From Candidatus Harrisonbacteria bacterium (GTDB taxonomy: Bacteria; Patescibacteriota; Minisyncoccia; UBA6257; 1-14-0-10-40-38), in NCBI GenBank assembly GCA_023245035.1, contig JAHFLD010000002.1, positions 131,517 to 195,516 of the forward strand: DNA of 64,000 nucleotides, in the 5' to 3' direction. The notes beneath the pieces are model-generated. The model was not told the origin of the DNA, made no database searches, and saw nothing but the letters and a program-made list of their open reading frames with translations. Made by a program: the position numbers and the translations under genes. This document shows positions 33,837 through 43,058 of this stretch, one piece after another; the first letter of the stretch is position 1, and each line of letters starts with the position of its first letter.

Positions 33837-34838
33837 ATGAACTTTCGCCGTTGGCCTGGGATTTTATCGCGCCGCACGACCGGCTATTTCTTGATAGCCG
33901 TTTTGACCGGAGTATTAGGTTTTGTTTGGGGCGAGATGGAGCAAACTCCTCGCGGTATCGCCAGTCCGCTTTGCGCGGAGCGTTATGAATTGCTAAATCC
34001 CAGCGTTATTTGCAACTTAACCGATGAGGGTATTGACCGAGTTCATGACGCCGAGGACAAGACAAAACTACTCATTCAAAAATCAATCGCTAGCGGGCGA
34101 ATAAGCAAGGGATCGGTTTTTTACCGCAACCTGGAGACTAAATCTTGGTTCGCCATCAAGGATACCGAGAACTTTTGGCCGGGCAGTCTGCTTAAGGTTC
34201 CGCTCGCGGTGGCGTATTTTAAACTTTCGGAGGTGGATCCAAATGTTTTTACCCAAACTTTTGAATACAAGGGCGGGCTGGCGGCTAACAGCCGGGAATA
34301 TTACCAGCCGAAAGAATCAATCAAGGCGGGAGAGCGATATTCCATTGAGGAATTAATTTCGCGAATGATAATTGACTCGGATAACGAGGCGGCGAATTTT
34401 TTGGCTAAATTTATAAATAAGGATTTTTTGGACAAGGTTTTTTTGGATTTGGGAATATATTTTCCGACCTCTGATAGAATTGAGGAGAAATTCGTTTCGG
34501 TGCGGAATTATTCCAATATGTTGCGAACGATTTTCAACGCTTCGTATCTTAACGCGGATAATTCGGAGAAGCTTTTGGAGATTATGACAAAATCACGTTT
34601 TGCCGACGGCTTGCGCGCCGGAGTTCCCGATGAAGCCAAGGTGGCGCACAAGTTCGGTGAACGAACAATCGCCAAGGATCCGGATATTATAATCGGCCGA
34701 GGGCTAAACGATTGCGGAGTTGTTTATAAAAAAGGCGGGGCTTATAGCTTGTGCGTAATGGTGGAAGGCGAGGATTTTGAAAAACTCGCGGGTGTGATTA
34801 AAGATGTTTCTCGTTTGGTTTACGAGGTTAGTTCTTGA
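33837..34838 (+). CDS. serine hydrolase related to class A beta-lactamases / low-MW PBPs
   Basis: Possible SxxK (GSLLK), SDN (IIDSDNEAANFL) and a KTG-like HKFGER. N-terminal TM. Confidence 0.55.
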   Translation: MNFRRWPGILSRRTTGYFLIAVLTGVLGFVWGEMEQTPRGIASPLCAERYELLNPSVICNLTDEGIDRVHDAEDKTKLLIQKSIASGRISKGSVFYRNLETKSWFAIKDTENFWPGSLLKVPLAVAYFKLSEVDPNVFTQTFEYKGGLAANSREYYQPKESIKAGERYSIEELISRMIIDSDNEAANFLAKFINKDFLDKVFLDLGIYFPTSDRIEEKFVSVRNYSNMLRTIFNASYLNADNSEKLLEIMTKSRFADGLRAGVPDEAKVAHKFGERTIAKDPDIIIGRGLNDCGVVYKKGGAYSLCVMVEGEDFEKLAGVIKDVSRLVYEVSS

Positions 34839-34852
34839 ATTTGGAGTTTTTG

Positions 34853-35110
34853 CTAAATTTTGGCCAGGGCGATTTTTTGAACTCGACGCATTTTTTTGAT
34901 TTTCGCCTCGCGCTTTAAGGCCTGACTTTGGCTAAGGTGGACTTCGCTGTAAATAATTTTTAACGCCCCATGAGCGCGGGTATAGCGAGCGCCTTTTTTG
35001 CCTTGGTGCTCTTTGAGACGACGATCAAGATTGGTGGTAATGCCGGTGTAGAGGGTGGTATCGGCACACTCGAGAATATAGACAAAGTAGGACCCACGAA
35101 TTTGGCGCAT
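34853..35110 (-). CDS. small GIY-YIG nuclease-family protein (UPF0213/YhbQ-like), intact copy 1
   Basis: 86 aa, MRQIRGSYFVYILECADTTLYTGITTNLDRRLKEH (GIY-YIG core). The longer ORF to 35194 is a read-through into the leader repeat. Confidence 0.65.
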   Translation of the reverse strand: MRQIRGSYFVYILECADTTLYTGITTNLDRRLKEHQGKKGARYTRAHGALKIIYSEVHLSQSQALKREAKIKKMRRVQKIALAKI

Positions 35111-35215
35111 TTTTTTGTTGCGGGCTGCGGTGCCGGGCGCAGTACTTGAATAAGTACAGCTTATTCCTCTCCTCGCCCGCGCCGCAAACCGCATCCAAAT
35201 GCGCGGGTCCTGTAA
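35111..35215 (-). repeat. R1 structured leader of the GIY-YIG gene
   Basis: Near-identical to 2233-2345. On the minus strand it reads CCGCGCATTTGGATGCGG...GCTGTACTTATTCAAGTACTGC...GCCCGCAACAAAAAA-ATG. Confidence 0.6.
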
Positions 35216-35228
35216 AATAGATAAAAAA

Positions 35229-36491
35229 TTACGAATTATAGCTTCGGCGGCGATGACGCGGAGCGGCTTGAGTGCTTGGGCGGCGGCTTACACCGCGAGT
35301 GTTGCGGAAAAATCGCGGACGTTGTTCCGGCTGAACAATGTGGTGCGACGCGCGAGCGGGCGGTAATTCGGGAAGTGGCGAAATCGGCAAAGTTTTTTTG
35401 ACCAGGCGCTCAATGTCGCGCAGATCTTTTCTTTGATCCGGCATGGCGAAAGAAATGGCATGGCCGCCGGCACCGGCGCGAGCGGTGCGTCCGATGCGAT
35501 GAACATAGTCTTCGGTGTTGGTCGGCAGGTCAAAATTGAGCACCAATTCAATGCCGGTAACGTCAATGCCGCGCGAGGCGATGTCGGTCGCGATTAGCAC
35601 CCGATACTTGCCGGATTTGAATCCGTCCAAAGCCTCACGGCGTTGGCTAAGCGAGCGATTGGAGTGAATTTCCGCGGCAGTATGCCCCATGTCTTGAATG
35701 GCATCGGTCAGACGCTTGGCGCCATGTTTGGTGCGGGTAAAAATCAAAGTCGTGCCGTTGTATTCTTGAAGTAATTTTTCCACCAGGCGAACTTTGGCTT
35801 CTTTTTGAACCACAAAAATTTCTTGCGTTACCTTGTCCGCGGTCGTTCCCTGGGGCGCGACTTCAATTCGCACCGGCAGTTGCATGTGATGCGCCGCCAT
35901 CTTCATGATTTCCGCGGGCATGGTGGCGGAAAAAAGCATGGTCTGGCGCTCTTTGGGCAGGAGGTGAAAAATCCTTTGAATCTGCGGAGCAAAGCCCATA
36001 TCCAACATCCGGTCGGCTTCGTCTAAAACTACGATTTGAATTTTTGAAAGTGAAACGTTTCTTTGTTCCAGGTGGTCGTTCAACCTTCCGGGAGTGGCGA
36101 TGATAATGTGTGGATCGCGGGAGAGGGCGATAATTTGAGTGCGCATGGAGGCGCCGCCGATTACAACCGCGGTTCGCAAGTTGAGCGCCGCTCCGATTTT
36201 GCGCAAAGCTTCTTCTACTTGCAGAGCCAGTTCGCGCGTGGGAAGAATCACTAATCCGCGTCCTTTCATTTCGTAAAGACGCTGGATCATAGGGATACCA
36301 AAGGCGAGAGTTTTGCCGGTACCGGTTTGAGCGATACCAACAACGTCCTTGCCGGTAATGGCCACGGGAATAGCCTGCGACTGAATCGGGGTCGGGGTGG
36401 TGTATTTATATTTGGTTAGAGTCTCCAAAAGGTGCGGGGCGATTCCCAAAGAGGAAAATGCCGAAATTTCGGATTGGTTAATGGTCTCCAT
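35229..36491 (-). CDS. DEAD-box ATP-dependent RNA helicase
   Basis: Q-motif, AQTGTGKT, VLDEADRMLDMGF, SAT and HRIGRTARAG motifs. 420 aa. Confidence 0.85.
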   Translation of the reverse strand: METINQSEISAFSSLGIAPHLLETLTKYKYTTPTPIQSQAIPVAITGKDVVGIAQTGTGKTLAFGIPMIQRLYEMKGRGLVILPTRELALQVEEALRKIGAALNLRTAVVIGGASMRTQIIALSRDPHIIIATPGRLNDHLEQRNVSLSKIQIVVLDEADRMLDMGFAPQIQRIFHLLPKERQTMLFSATMPAEIMKMAAHHMQLPVRIEVAPQGTTADKVTQEIFVVQKEAKVRLVEKLLQEYNGTTLIFTRTKHGAKRLTDAIQDMGHTAAEIHSNRSLSQRREALDGFKSGKYRVLIATDIASRGIDVTGIELVLNFDLPTNTEDYVHRIGRTARAGAGGHAISFAMPDQRKDLRDIERLVKKTLPISPLPELPPARASHHIVQPEQRPRFFRNTRGVSRRPSTQAAPRHRRRSYNS

Positions 36492-36679
36492 AGTTTATGT
36501 CTGTCGTTTATTTGCCTTAAGGTTATAAAGTCCGGGACGGGCGCATTCGCGAGCTGTATTCAAGGGCGCGAGTCCTAAAATCAAGAGAAAAGAGGCGGTT
36601 TTCAATTAATACGCCCATTCTACATTATTTTAGTGAATTATGCAAGTCGGTTGGGCAGAGTGCCAAATTCTAAACCAAA

Positions 36680-37327
36680 TCAATCAGATTTCTTTGAAGT
36701 CAGCATTGATTTCAAAAATTGTTTAATCGCCGGAGATTTTTTGGCGAGAATCCAAATAATGACGGGTAGAAGCGCGAGAGAGAAGAGAAGAATACCGATT
36801 CGAGAGTGCCAGATTTCCACGTTTTTAATGGTTCCACCAAAAAAGTAGCCGAAAGACAAATTGGCTGCCGCCCACAGAAAAGCGCTGGTTATATTCCAAA
36901 ATAAAAATGACCAGCGGTTCATCTGGGACAAGCCGGCCACGAAGGGAATGATAGAGCGAATGGGGCCGATGAACCGTCCCAGGAAAATGCTTTTGTTGCC
37001 ATGCTTTTTAAAAAATTGCTCGCCTTTTTCCAAATGACTAAGTTTTAACAATTTATTTTCCACGCGAAAGAATCTTTTACCCTTGGTGCCGAGATAATAG
37101 CTTAAGCCGTCACCGAGGATCGCGCCGATAGCTGCAAACCAAATCAGATCGCCAAGATCCAGATACCCTTGGGCGGATAAAAAACCCGCCAGAATGATGG
37201 CGATCGCGCCCGGTATAATGGCGCCGACAAAGGCTAGGGATTCAAGTAAGGCGATTAGCAGGATAACCCAGTAGCCGAAGAGGCCGAGGTCTTGAAATTT
37301 TGGCAGAAGGAAATTGAGCAACTCCAT
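36680..37327 (-). CDS. DedA/SNARE-associated family membrane protein
   Basis: LLESLAFVGAIIPG... plus the characteristic re-entrant helices. 215 aa. Confidence 0.7.
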   Translation of the reverse strand: MELLNFLLPKFQDLGLFGYWVILLIALLESLAFVGAIIPGAIAIILAGFLSAQGYLDLGDLIWFAAIGAILGDGLSYYLGTKGKRFFRVENKLLKLSHLEKGEQFFKKHGNKSIFLGRFIGPIRSIIPFVAGLSQMNRWSFLFWNITSAFLWAAANLSFGYFFGGTIKNVEIWHSRIGILLFSLALLPVIIWILAKKSPAIKQFLKSMLTSKKSD

Positions 37328-37611
37328 GGGCGTTGATTAATCATAGCATTGAGCGGGATGAAATATTGACTGATGTTGCTTCTGCTTCGGATTTCTATAT
37401 TACAAGATTAAGGCGACGCCTATCCTTTGGTCATGGGCGCTCATACCTGAAATGCCCTAGGATTAAATGCAAATGCGCTTGCTTGCCCATTCGTAGCACT
37501 GCCTGCTGGCAGACAGGTTTAGCGAAGTCGGGACCCACCCTCCCGTTCGCGTGCAAGCCCGCTCGTAGAAGCCCGCAACGGCTCAAATACACCAAATGAG
37601 GCGTTGAGTTC

Positions 37612-39174
37612 CTATAATTTAGATGTGAATGAGGCAAGAATCTCTTTCGTGTGTATTTCCATGTCTTGAAAGTTATCTTTTTTAAGAGTTGTCTCCATAA
37701 AGTTTTTGAGAGAATATGCTTTTATATACACCTTTCCTCCTTCACGTTGGTGTTTAACAAGTGAGTATTCAAAAAACTCTCGGGTATCTTGGTGTATTAC
37801 AGGGGCTACAAGAGATAAATACTTTTTGGGACGGCTCTTGAACTCCTCGCCGGAGTTTAGATGCCGAATAACCGATGTAGTTTCGCTATTTAACATCTGA
37901 TCGCGGTTACGAATTAGAGTAACCTCAATTAACCAGTATATATGGGCCGAATATACATCAATATCGCCTCTGCCTCCGGGGGCGTGAGCATACGGCTTGC
38001 CAATGTGATCGGCCTTATAGTTAGGTCGAATATAAAAGTGAGCTCCATATTTTATTGCTATCAAAATACTAATGTAAAACTCGAGTTTAAGTGGATCCGG
38101 AATCTCGTCAAACTCCGCAATTGGTCCTTTGCCGCTTTTAAGAGAATCAAGACTCTGACAAATTATCTGTTCGGTTATGCCGTAGGAACTAATGATTTTA
38201 GAAATCTTGTTGGTATATTCCGCTCCGTCAATTTTGTCTGACTTCCGATATTTCTCAACGATACCCAAAAACAATACATCCCCGTTGTCCAACTTTTCAA
38301 AATATTTTTTCGGTTCGGCTTTTTCCTCGTCCGTCAAATTAAAATCAACACATAGTAGTTCCTTGATATAGTCTAATTTGCTTTCGTTTATTTGAATCAA
38401 CTTTCTTCCCGCATATCGTATGCTGATAAAACCCGAGATGAGCATGAGTCGGCGGACTACATCGGGGTAGTCGTCTGTAACTGTGCTAATTTTATTTGTC
38501 ACACCATACCACTTCTCAGCAAAAAGGTACGACTGAAGAGGGGTATTAAATTTATTCTTTGAAAGCAATGCAAGAAACTCGGCAACGTCGCCGTTTTTAC
38601 TAAACATAAGGGGTACAAATTGCTCATAGCTCAAAGATCTACCATCCTCTCGTAAAGAGAGTAACACTTGCAGAGCGAAACGAAAGAAATTGAAATCGTT
38701 ACTCACGTTCCGATAAGGGGATCTTCGGTTATATTTCATTGCTTGTACAGAAAATGCTTCCTGTTCATCAACATCTCCTTTTACCAATTTCTTTGCCATT
38801 TGTGAGAGCTTGAAGGGCTTCTTGTATTGAGCGTACACAAATCCAAGTTCCGACAAAGTTCGCATATATGTCCAAAACCGAGAAGCATACCCCTTAGGAA
38901 AACCACCGTCAGCATTGCGAGTGGAGTTCACCTCAATTACATCAGCTTTTATCTGTTCAGCTGTCGTGGTATTAATAACGCGAATTCTCTCACTAGAAAC
39001 CTCACCAACCAAATATAAGTGCGAGACAATTTCTAGCAGATTCACGTCATTCAATGCGATTCCTTCAAACTCCGCCAAACGCAGAAGAATCCCCCGATAT
39101 CGCTCTGGGTTTCTTACGGCGGTTTCAAAAGCCATCTGTTTGTATTCTGCCTCTCTTCTTTGGCGCTTTATCAT
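37612..39174 (-). CDS. putative restriction endonuclease (large, possibly type IIS / AlwI-like family) - last gene of an R-M-like operon
   Basis: 520 aa, AT-rich, directly downstream of two Dam-family MTases (6-nt gap). The C-terminal region GGRGDIDVYSAHIYWLIEVTLIRN is PD-(D/E)xK-like but not canonical. The family assignment is not verified. Confidence 0.45.
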   Translation of the reverse strand: MIKRQRREAEYKQMAFETAVRNPERYRGILLRLAEFEGIALNDVNLLEIVSHLYLVGEVSSERIRVINTTTAEQIKADVIEVNSTRNADGGFPKGYASRFWTYMRTLSELGFVYAQYKKPFKLSQMAKKLVKGDVDEQEAFSVQAMKYNRRSPYRNVSNDFNFFRFALQVLLSLREDGRSLSYEQFVPLMFSKNGDVAEFLALLSKNKFNTPLQSYLFAEKWYGVTNKISTVTDDYPDVVRRLMLISGFISIRYAGRKLIQINESKLDYIKELLCVDFNLTDEEKAEPKKYFEKLDNGDVLFLGIVEKYRKSDKIDGAEYTNKISKIISSYGITEQIICQSLDSLKSGKGPIAEFDEIPDPLKLEFYISILIAIKYGAHFYIRPNYKADHIGKPYAHAPGGRGDIDVYSAHIYWLIEVTLIRNRDQMLNSETTSVIRHLNSGEEFKSRPKKYLSLVAPVIHQDTREFFEYSLVKHQREGGKVYIKAYSLKNFMETTLKKDNFQDMEIHTKEILASFTSKL

Positions 39175-39179
39175 TGACT

Positions 39180-40085
39180 TTAATAGTTAGTGACAAGAAC
39201 TTCTCTTATTGTTTTCTTGCCATTGTCGTGATAGTTGATGTAATTGCTTTTTATGTTGTATACCTTGTATTTTCCCATCCAGTCTAACAGTAAATCGTTT
39301 TTACTGCCGTTATAGTGAGTTACATTTGACAAGGCGAATCTAACACCCTGTAGGCTAAGTTTGTCAATCATCTTGAGTAAATCGGATTCGGTAGTTCTAT
39401 CCCAAATTTTATTATATTCACTTGCGGCTATTAGATAGGGTGGGTCGAGATAAATAAAGTCGTTCGGTGAGAATTTCTTACTGGAGAAAAATGATCGAAA
39501 ATCCTTCGCAGTCACTTCGATGCGTTTATCCTTCACAAACTCGAAATAAGTATCTAGTGCCGAAAGAACATTTTTGTTGAAATCCACATTGCCCACGGGC
39601 AAGTTAAACTTGCCACCACCATTAAAACGGAGCATTCGGTTAAATCCATAAATAAGCAAGACATACAAAATTAAAGGGTCATTCACCTTTTTGTTGTTGA
39701 CACACTCACGCAGTTTCTCGTAACCCTCTTTATTAAATCTTGCAAAATATGTTTTCTTCCACTTTTTCTTCAAAGAGTCTGGGATTACATCCTCCTTGTA
39801 AGATCTAGAGAGGTTATATTTTCGTGTGGTCTTCTCAATGGCTCCAAAAAACACACTTGGGTTTCGTGAGTTTTTGATTAGTAGGTTGTGTATGGAGATA
39901 AGATGCCTGTTGATATCATTTAAAAAATATTTTTTTGCATTGATATTCAAAAAGACCGTTCCGCCCCCAACAAACGGTTCAAAGAAAGTATTAACTTCTT
40001 TAGGAAAGAAGTTAACTAATTGGCTCATCAACTTGTATTTATCTCCAACATAGAATAGCGGAGACCTTCGTATACTTTTCGTCAT
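39180..40085 (-). CDS. Dam-family N6-adenine DNA methyltransferase (D12 class)
   Basis: FFEPFVGGGTVFLN (motif I), LISIHNLLIKNS and DPPY (motif IV). 301 aa. Confidence 0.8.
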   Translation of the reverse strand: MTKSIRRSPLFYVGDKYKLMSQLVNFFPKEVNTFFEPFVGGGTVFLNINAKKYFLNDINRHLISIHNLLIKNSRNPSVFFGAIEKTTRKYNLSRSYKEDVIPDSLKKKWKKTYFARFNKEGYEKLRECVNNKKVNDPLILYVLLIYGFNRMLRFNGGGKFNLPVGNVDFNKNVLSALDTYFEFVKDKRIEVTAKDFRSFFSSKKFSPNDFIYLDPPYLIAASEYNKIWDRTTESDLLKMIDKLSLQGVRFALSNVTHYNGSKNDLLLDWMGKYKVYNIKSNYINYHDNGKKTIREVLVTNY

Positions 40086-41410
40086 CTTGTTTTAGTTACA
40101 AAAAGAAACTCCTTATGATTATTGAAATCTGTGTTGCCAGCGTTAAAATGCCGGTAGTTCTTCTCAAAGACTTTTGTTTTCCCCTTTTCAGACAATATTC
40201 TTTCAATTTCTTCGTGAGTAATCTTATTGAGAGATGAACTGCTTTTAGAGGCATAGGTATTGTTATACGATACAACCAAAAATCTTGCGTCTATGTCTCG
40301 CACCAATTCCGCCAGTTTATCTTTTGCAGTACTCCGACAATAATCACTCATATTTTCTTCTATGGGTTTCAGTGCTGCTCCATAAAGCTTTGGTTTGTCC
40401 CACTTGGTTAAAGTCTCGAGCAGATGGTAAAAGCGGCTGTACTGCCTTGAATTGTAAGGGGGATCAATATACACAACATCTGTGTGTATCTTTTTTGCTA
40501 AAATGTTTGCATCCTCCCTATATATCTCAACATCCTCAACCTGAATGGGTAGAAGAGAGCGCATTGCAAAAGTATCATCAACCAACGTCTTCTTAAAATA
40601 TGCGTCATAATGACCCACAGTGTTAGCGATTTTATCTATTGCATACAACAGCGAGGTAATAAGTACATAATACTCCCTTTCAGTTAAATCACTCTTCCTT
40701 TTTTCTATATCATCTCTAACAAATCCAATTATTCTTGCAGAACTTCGGCTAAAGTATTTTCCACCGAAATTTCTAGAAAAATAGCTGTCTGGTAAATCCT
40801 TTCCGTTTATACGATTGTATTCTTGAATGGTGCTGTTAATTTTCTCTTTGTCCCAATCACCTTTATCAAAAAATGCTTTGTAAACAGCGTGATTAGAATG
40901 TAAAAAATCATTTAGAATGACGTTCTTAAATCGTGCCGCAGCTCTTGCAGCCATGACACCCGTACCGGCGAAGATATCCGTAAAAGAATCGCCATCGCAT
41001 TCTTTCTCTAAAATAGAGAAAATCCAATCCGCTAATTTATACTTGTTACCGATATATCTCCGATTTTGCAATTGAGAAAAAGTCTCTTCCTTTCGGGAAA
41101 ATGGAAATGCTGTTTGACTACTTGACCCGCCCTCCTGATAAAATCTTTTGACCAATGAAATTGCGGCAACGATTTGCAGAGCTTTGGCATGTCCAACTCC
41201 TGCAATCTTTCGTAGGTCATCCAAGGTGATGCTCAAGAAATTCTTACCTGATTTTTGAATAATTTGTTTTGCAAGTTCCTGAACATTCTTCCCTTGTATA
41301 CCACTACCCAAAACAATAGCCAAAAGTTCACTTTTGGATAACGCATCGGGTCCTTTTGCGAGAAACCGTTCTCTCGGAAGACTGTCCTTCGGTAAGTCCT
41401 TTAACTTCAT
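40082..41410 (-). CDS. RadC-N (HhH, UPF0758-type) domain fused to a Dam-family N6-adenine DNA methyltransferase
   Basis: N-terminus LPRERFLAKGPDALSKSELLAIVLGSGIQGKNVQELAKQII...IAGVGHAKALQIVAAISLVKR matches the RadC N-terminal domain. This is followed by YIGNKYKLADWI, DIFAGTGVMA (motif I) and VVYIDPPYNSRQY (motif IV). 442 aa. Confidence 0.7.
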   Translation of the reverse strand: MKLKDLPKDSLPRERFLAKGPDALSKSELLAIVLGSGIQGKNVQELAKQIIQKSGKNFLSITLDDLRKIAGVGHAKALQIVAAISLVKRFYQEGGSSSQTAFPFSRKEETFSQLQNRRYIGNKYKLADWIFSILEKECDGDSFTDIFAGTGVMAARAAARFKNVILNDFLHSNHAVYKAFFDKGDWDKEKINSTIQEYNRINGKDLPDSYFSRNFGGKYFSRSSARIIGFVRDDIEKRKSDLTEREYYVLITSLLYAIDKIANTVGHYDAYFKKTLVDDTFAMRSLLPIQVEDVEIYREDANILAKKIHTDVVYIDPPYNSRQYSRFYHLLETLTKWDKPKLYGAALKPIEENMSDYCRSTAKDKLAELVRDIDARFLVVSYNNTYASKSSSSLNKITHEEIERILSEKGKTKVFEKNYRHFNAGNTDFNNHKEFLFVTKTR

Positions 41411-41705
41411 GCTTATATAATCTCATGAAATCAGTGTTTCTCAAACCGACCCTCACCCTGTTTTTCCATTACTGACTTAAAAACACCCACGCATTCAGAG
41501 AAATTTGAAATAGGTTCTAACTTGGTCGTATAATGTGGACTGAATAAAACTCGTGTCAGAAGAAGCGAATTTTCCCCGCGCGGCGCGAAGCGCCCCGTAT
41601 GCAAGAGAAGGATTTTCTCGGACTTTTTTGTCGTGCAGAGTCTATGTGCGTTTGCCCCACCCATCCATGCGCATGCACCTTTCTTCGCTTTTCAGCGAAG
41701 CTACT

Positions 41706-42296
41706 TTATTTGAAAATCACTGAACATGAATTGAATGTCGGTGAAATAAACATGGGCAAAAGTAAAATTGCTGAAATGATAAACAAAGCGCATATCCCAA
41801 CAAAATAGCATTCACTTGTCGCAACTTCCCTCGGCTTGGATGCAATTTCTTCTTTATACTTTTCTTGTCTGTATCGTTCGTAACTATCAATATCAACGAT
41901 ATCTATCCCTACCTTCTTGATAAAATCCTTCTTGGAATTTTGTAGGAATTCTAATCGTCCATCTAACGAGTCACTCTCCTGCGCTAAAATCCAAGTCAAA
42001 TAAATGCTAGAACCGATAATGAAAATTGCAAAACCAGAACCACTAATGATAGAGACCGCATTTACACATTTATTTGAGTCTTCGCCCGCGATTAGCAGAA
42101 ATAATCCTGCGACCACAGCCGCCGCAATGGTCATAAGAGTTCCCAGAAAAGCACGCTTGTGGTTAAGGTGTTTTGAAATCAACTCAATGGTTTTCTTTTC
42201 TCCTTCGTCTAAGATTCGCTCTCGTTCCTCAAGTGTCTTTATGTACTTCGGCTGTTCCTCTTTCCACCGAGAATAACGGTCCCAAAAAAATTCCAT
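41706..42296 (-). CDS. hypothetical membrane protein (two adjacent TM helices plus a C-terminal TM)
   Basis: 196 aa with a soluble charged N-terminus. TM1 LGTLMTIAAAVVAGLFLLIAG, TM2 AVSIISGSGFAIFIIGSSIYLTWILA, C-terminal TM CALFIISAILLLPMFI. The hairpin GCTTCGC-TGAAAA-GCGAAG lies right after the stop. Confidence 0.45.
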   Translation of the reverse strand: MEFFWDRYSRWKEEQPKYIKTLEERERILDEGEKKTIELISKHLNHKRAFLGTLMTIAAAVVAGLFLLIAGEDSNKCVNAVSIISGSGFAIFIIGSSIYLTWILAQESDSLDGRLEFLQNSKKDFIKKVGIDIVDIDSYERYRQEKYKEEIASKPREVATSECYFVGICALFIISAILLLPMFISPTFNSCSVIFK

Positions 42297-42471
42297 TAGA
42301 AACTATCTTTTTGTCTTTGTCTAAGATTAAACCTGCGAGCTTATCATAAACTCCCAAAAGAGCTTCTGGTGAAGCTTTGTCTCCGACTTCCTGTGTCGTT
42401 CGATCAAGCTTGCCGCTATTGTTATTCAGTATGAATTCTTCTCCCCACGCTTTTAGCTTAATTTCTTGCAT
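42229..42471 (-). CDS. small hypothetical protein, overlaps and precedes the membrane gene
   Basis: 80-aa ORF with a 68-nt out-of-frame overlap with 41706-42296. No domain recognised. Confidence 0.3.
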   Translation of the reverse strand: MQEIKLKAWGEEFILNNNSGKLDRTTQEVGDKASPEALLGVYDKLAGLILDKDKKIVSNGIFLGPLFSVERGTAEVHKDT

Positions 42472-42655
42472 AATTTCGCTTTATAATACTCTATATGTAA
42501 TATTTTTTCCAAACTCGCAAGAGTACTGATATTGAGCACAAGTAAGTAATGTCCATTGAAGGACAAATTGCAGTGTTTTGTGTTATTCCGAAAAAGGAAG
42601 GGTTGGAAATTGCGGATGAGTTTGTAAAAAAGCGCACGGCAAAGATGCAGTGCCG

Positions 42656-42688
42656 GGACCCCGGTCGCTAGAGGGCGACCTAGGGGCC
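42656..42688. repeat. 33-bp direct repeat X, copy 1 (GGGACCCCGGTCGCTAGAGGGCGACCTAGGGGCC)
   Basis: Contains the palindrome GGTCGC-TAGAGG-GCGACC. The second copy at 43478-43510 differs by 1 nt. Confidence 0.6.
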
Positions 42689-42771
42689 AAGATTCCATGG
42701 TTCAGAGCCATGTGTCCTATCCCTAAATAAGATTATGGCGTTTCTTTGCCGTCCAAAGCTGCCGGGCCTGG
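42689..42771 (-). repeat. degenerate duplicate of the tRNA-Gln(CTG) 3' half plus a 43-nt spacer (copy A, T-arm truncated)
   Basis: CAAGATTCCATGGTTCAGAGCCATG (anticodon arm) ...GCTGCCGGGCCTGG. Confidence 0.55.
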
Positions 42772-43058
42772 AAATCTCACGCGTCGCCTCGCTGCCTGCC
42801 GGCAGGCAGGGCTCCTTTTAAAACCCAGCGGTTTAATAAGTTTAACAACTTATCAAGCGTTTCGCTCGCGAAACATAAAATCAAATATGTTTTTACGTTT
42901 CCGGCTCGCTCGCGCTTGTAATATTTCCGCCACGGGAAAACTTCCGTTTTCCCTGCCCGACCGGCAGGCGGGCCGACCCCTTTCCCGTTCGATTCCAAGT
43001 ACTTGAACAGCATAGATACAAAATAACCCCACCACAAGGGCGAGGTTATTTTGTATGT

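Noticed and set aside
35111-35194. 28-aa N-terminal extension of the GIY-YIG ORF (MRFAARARRGISCTYSSTAPG...)
   Set aside because: It reads through the R1 leader repeat. The same repeat occurs non-coding at two other sites, and the conserved protein starts at MRQIRGSYFVYIL.
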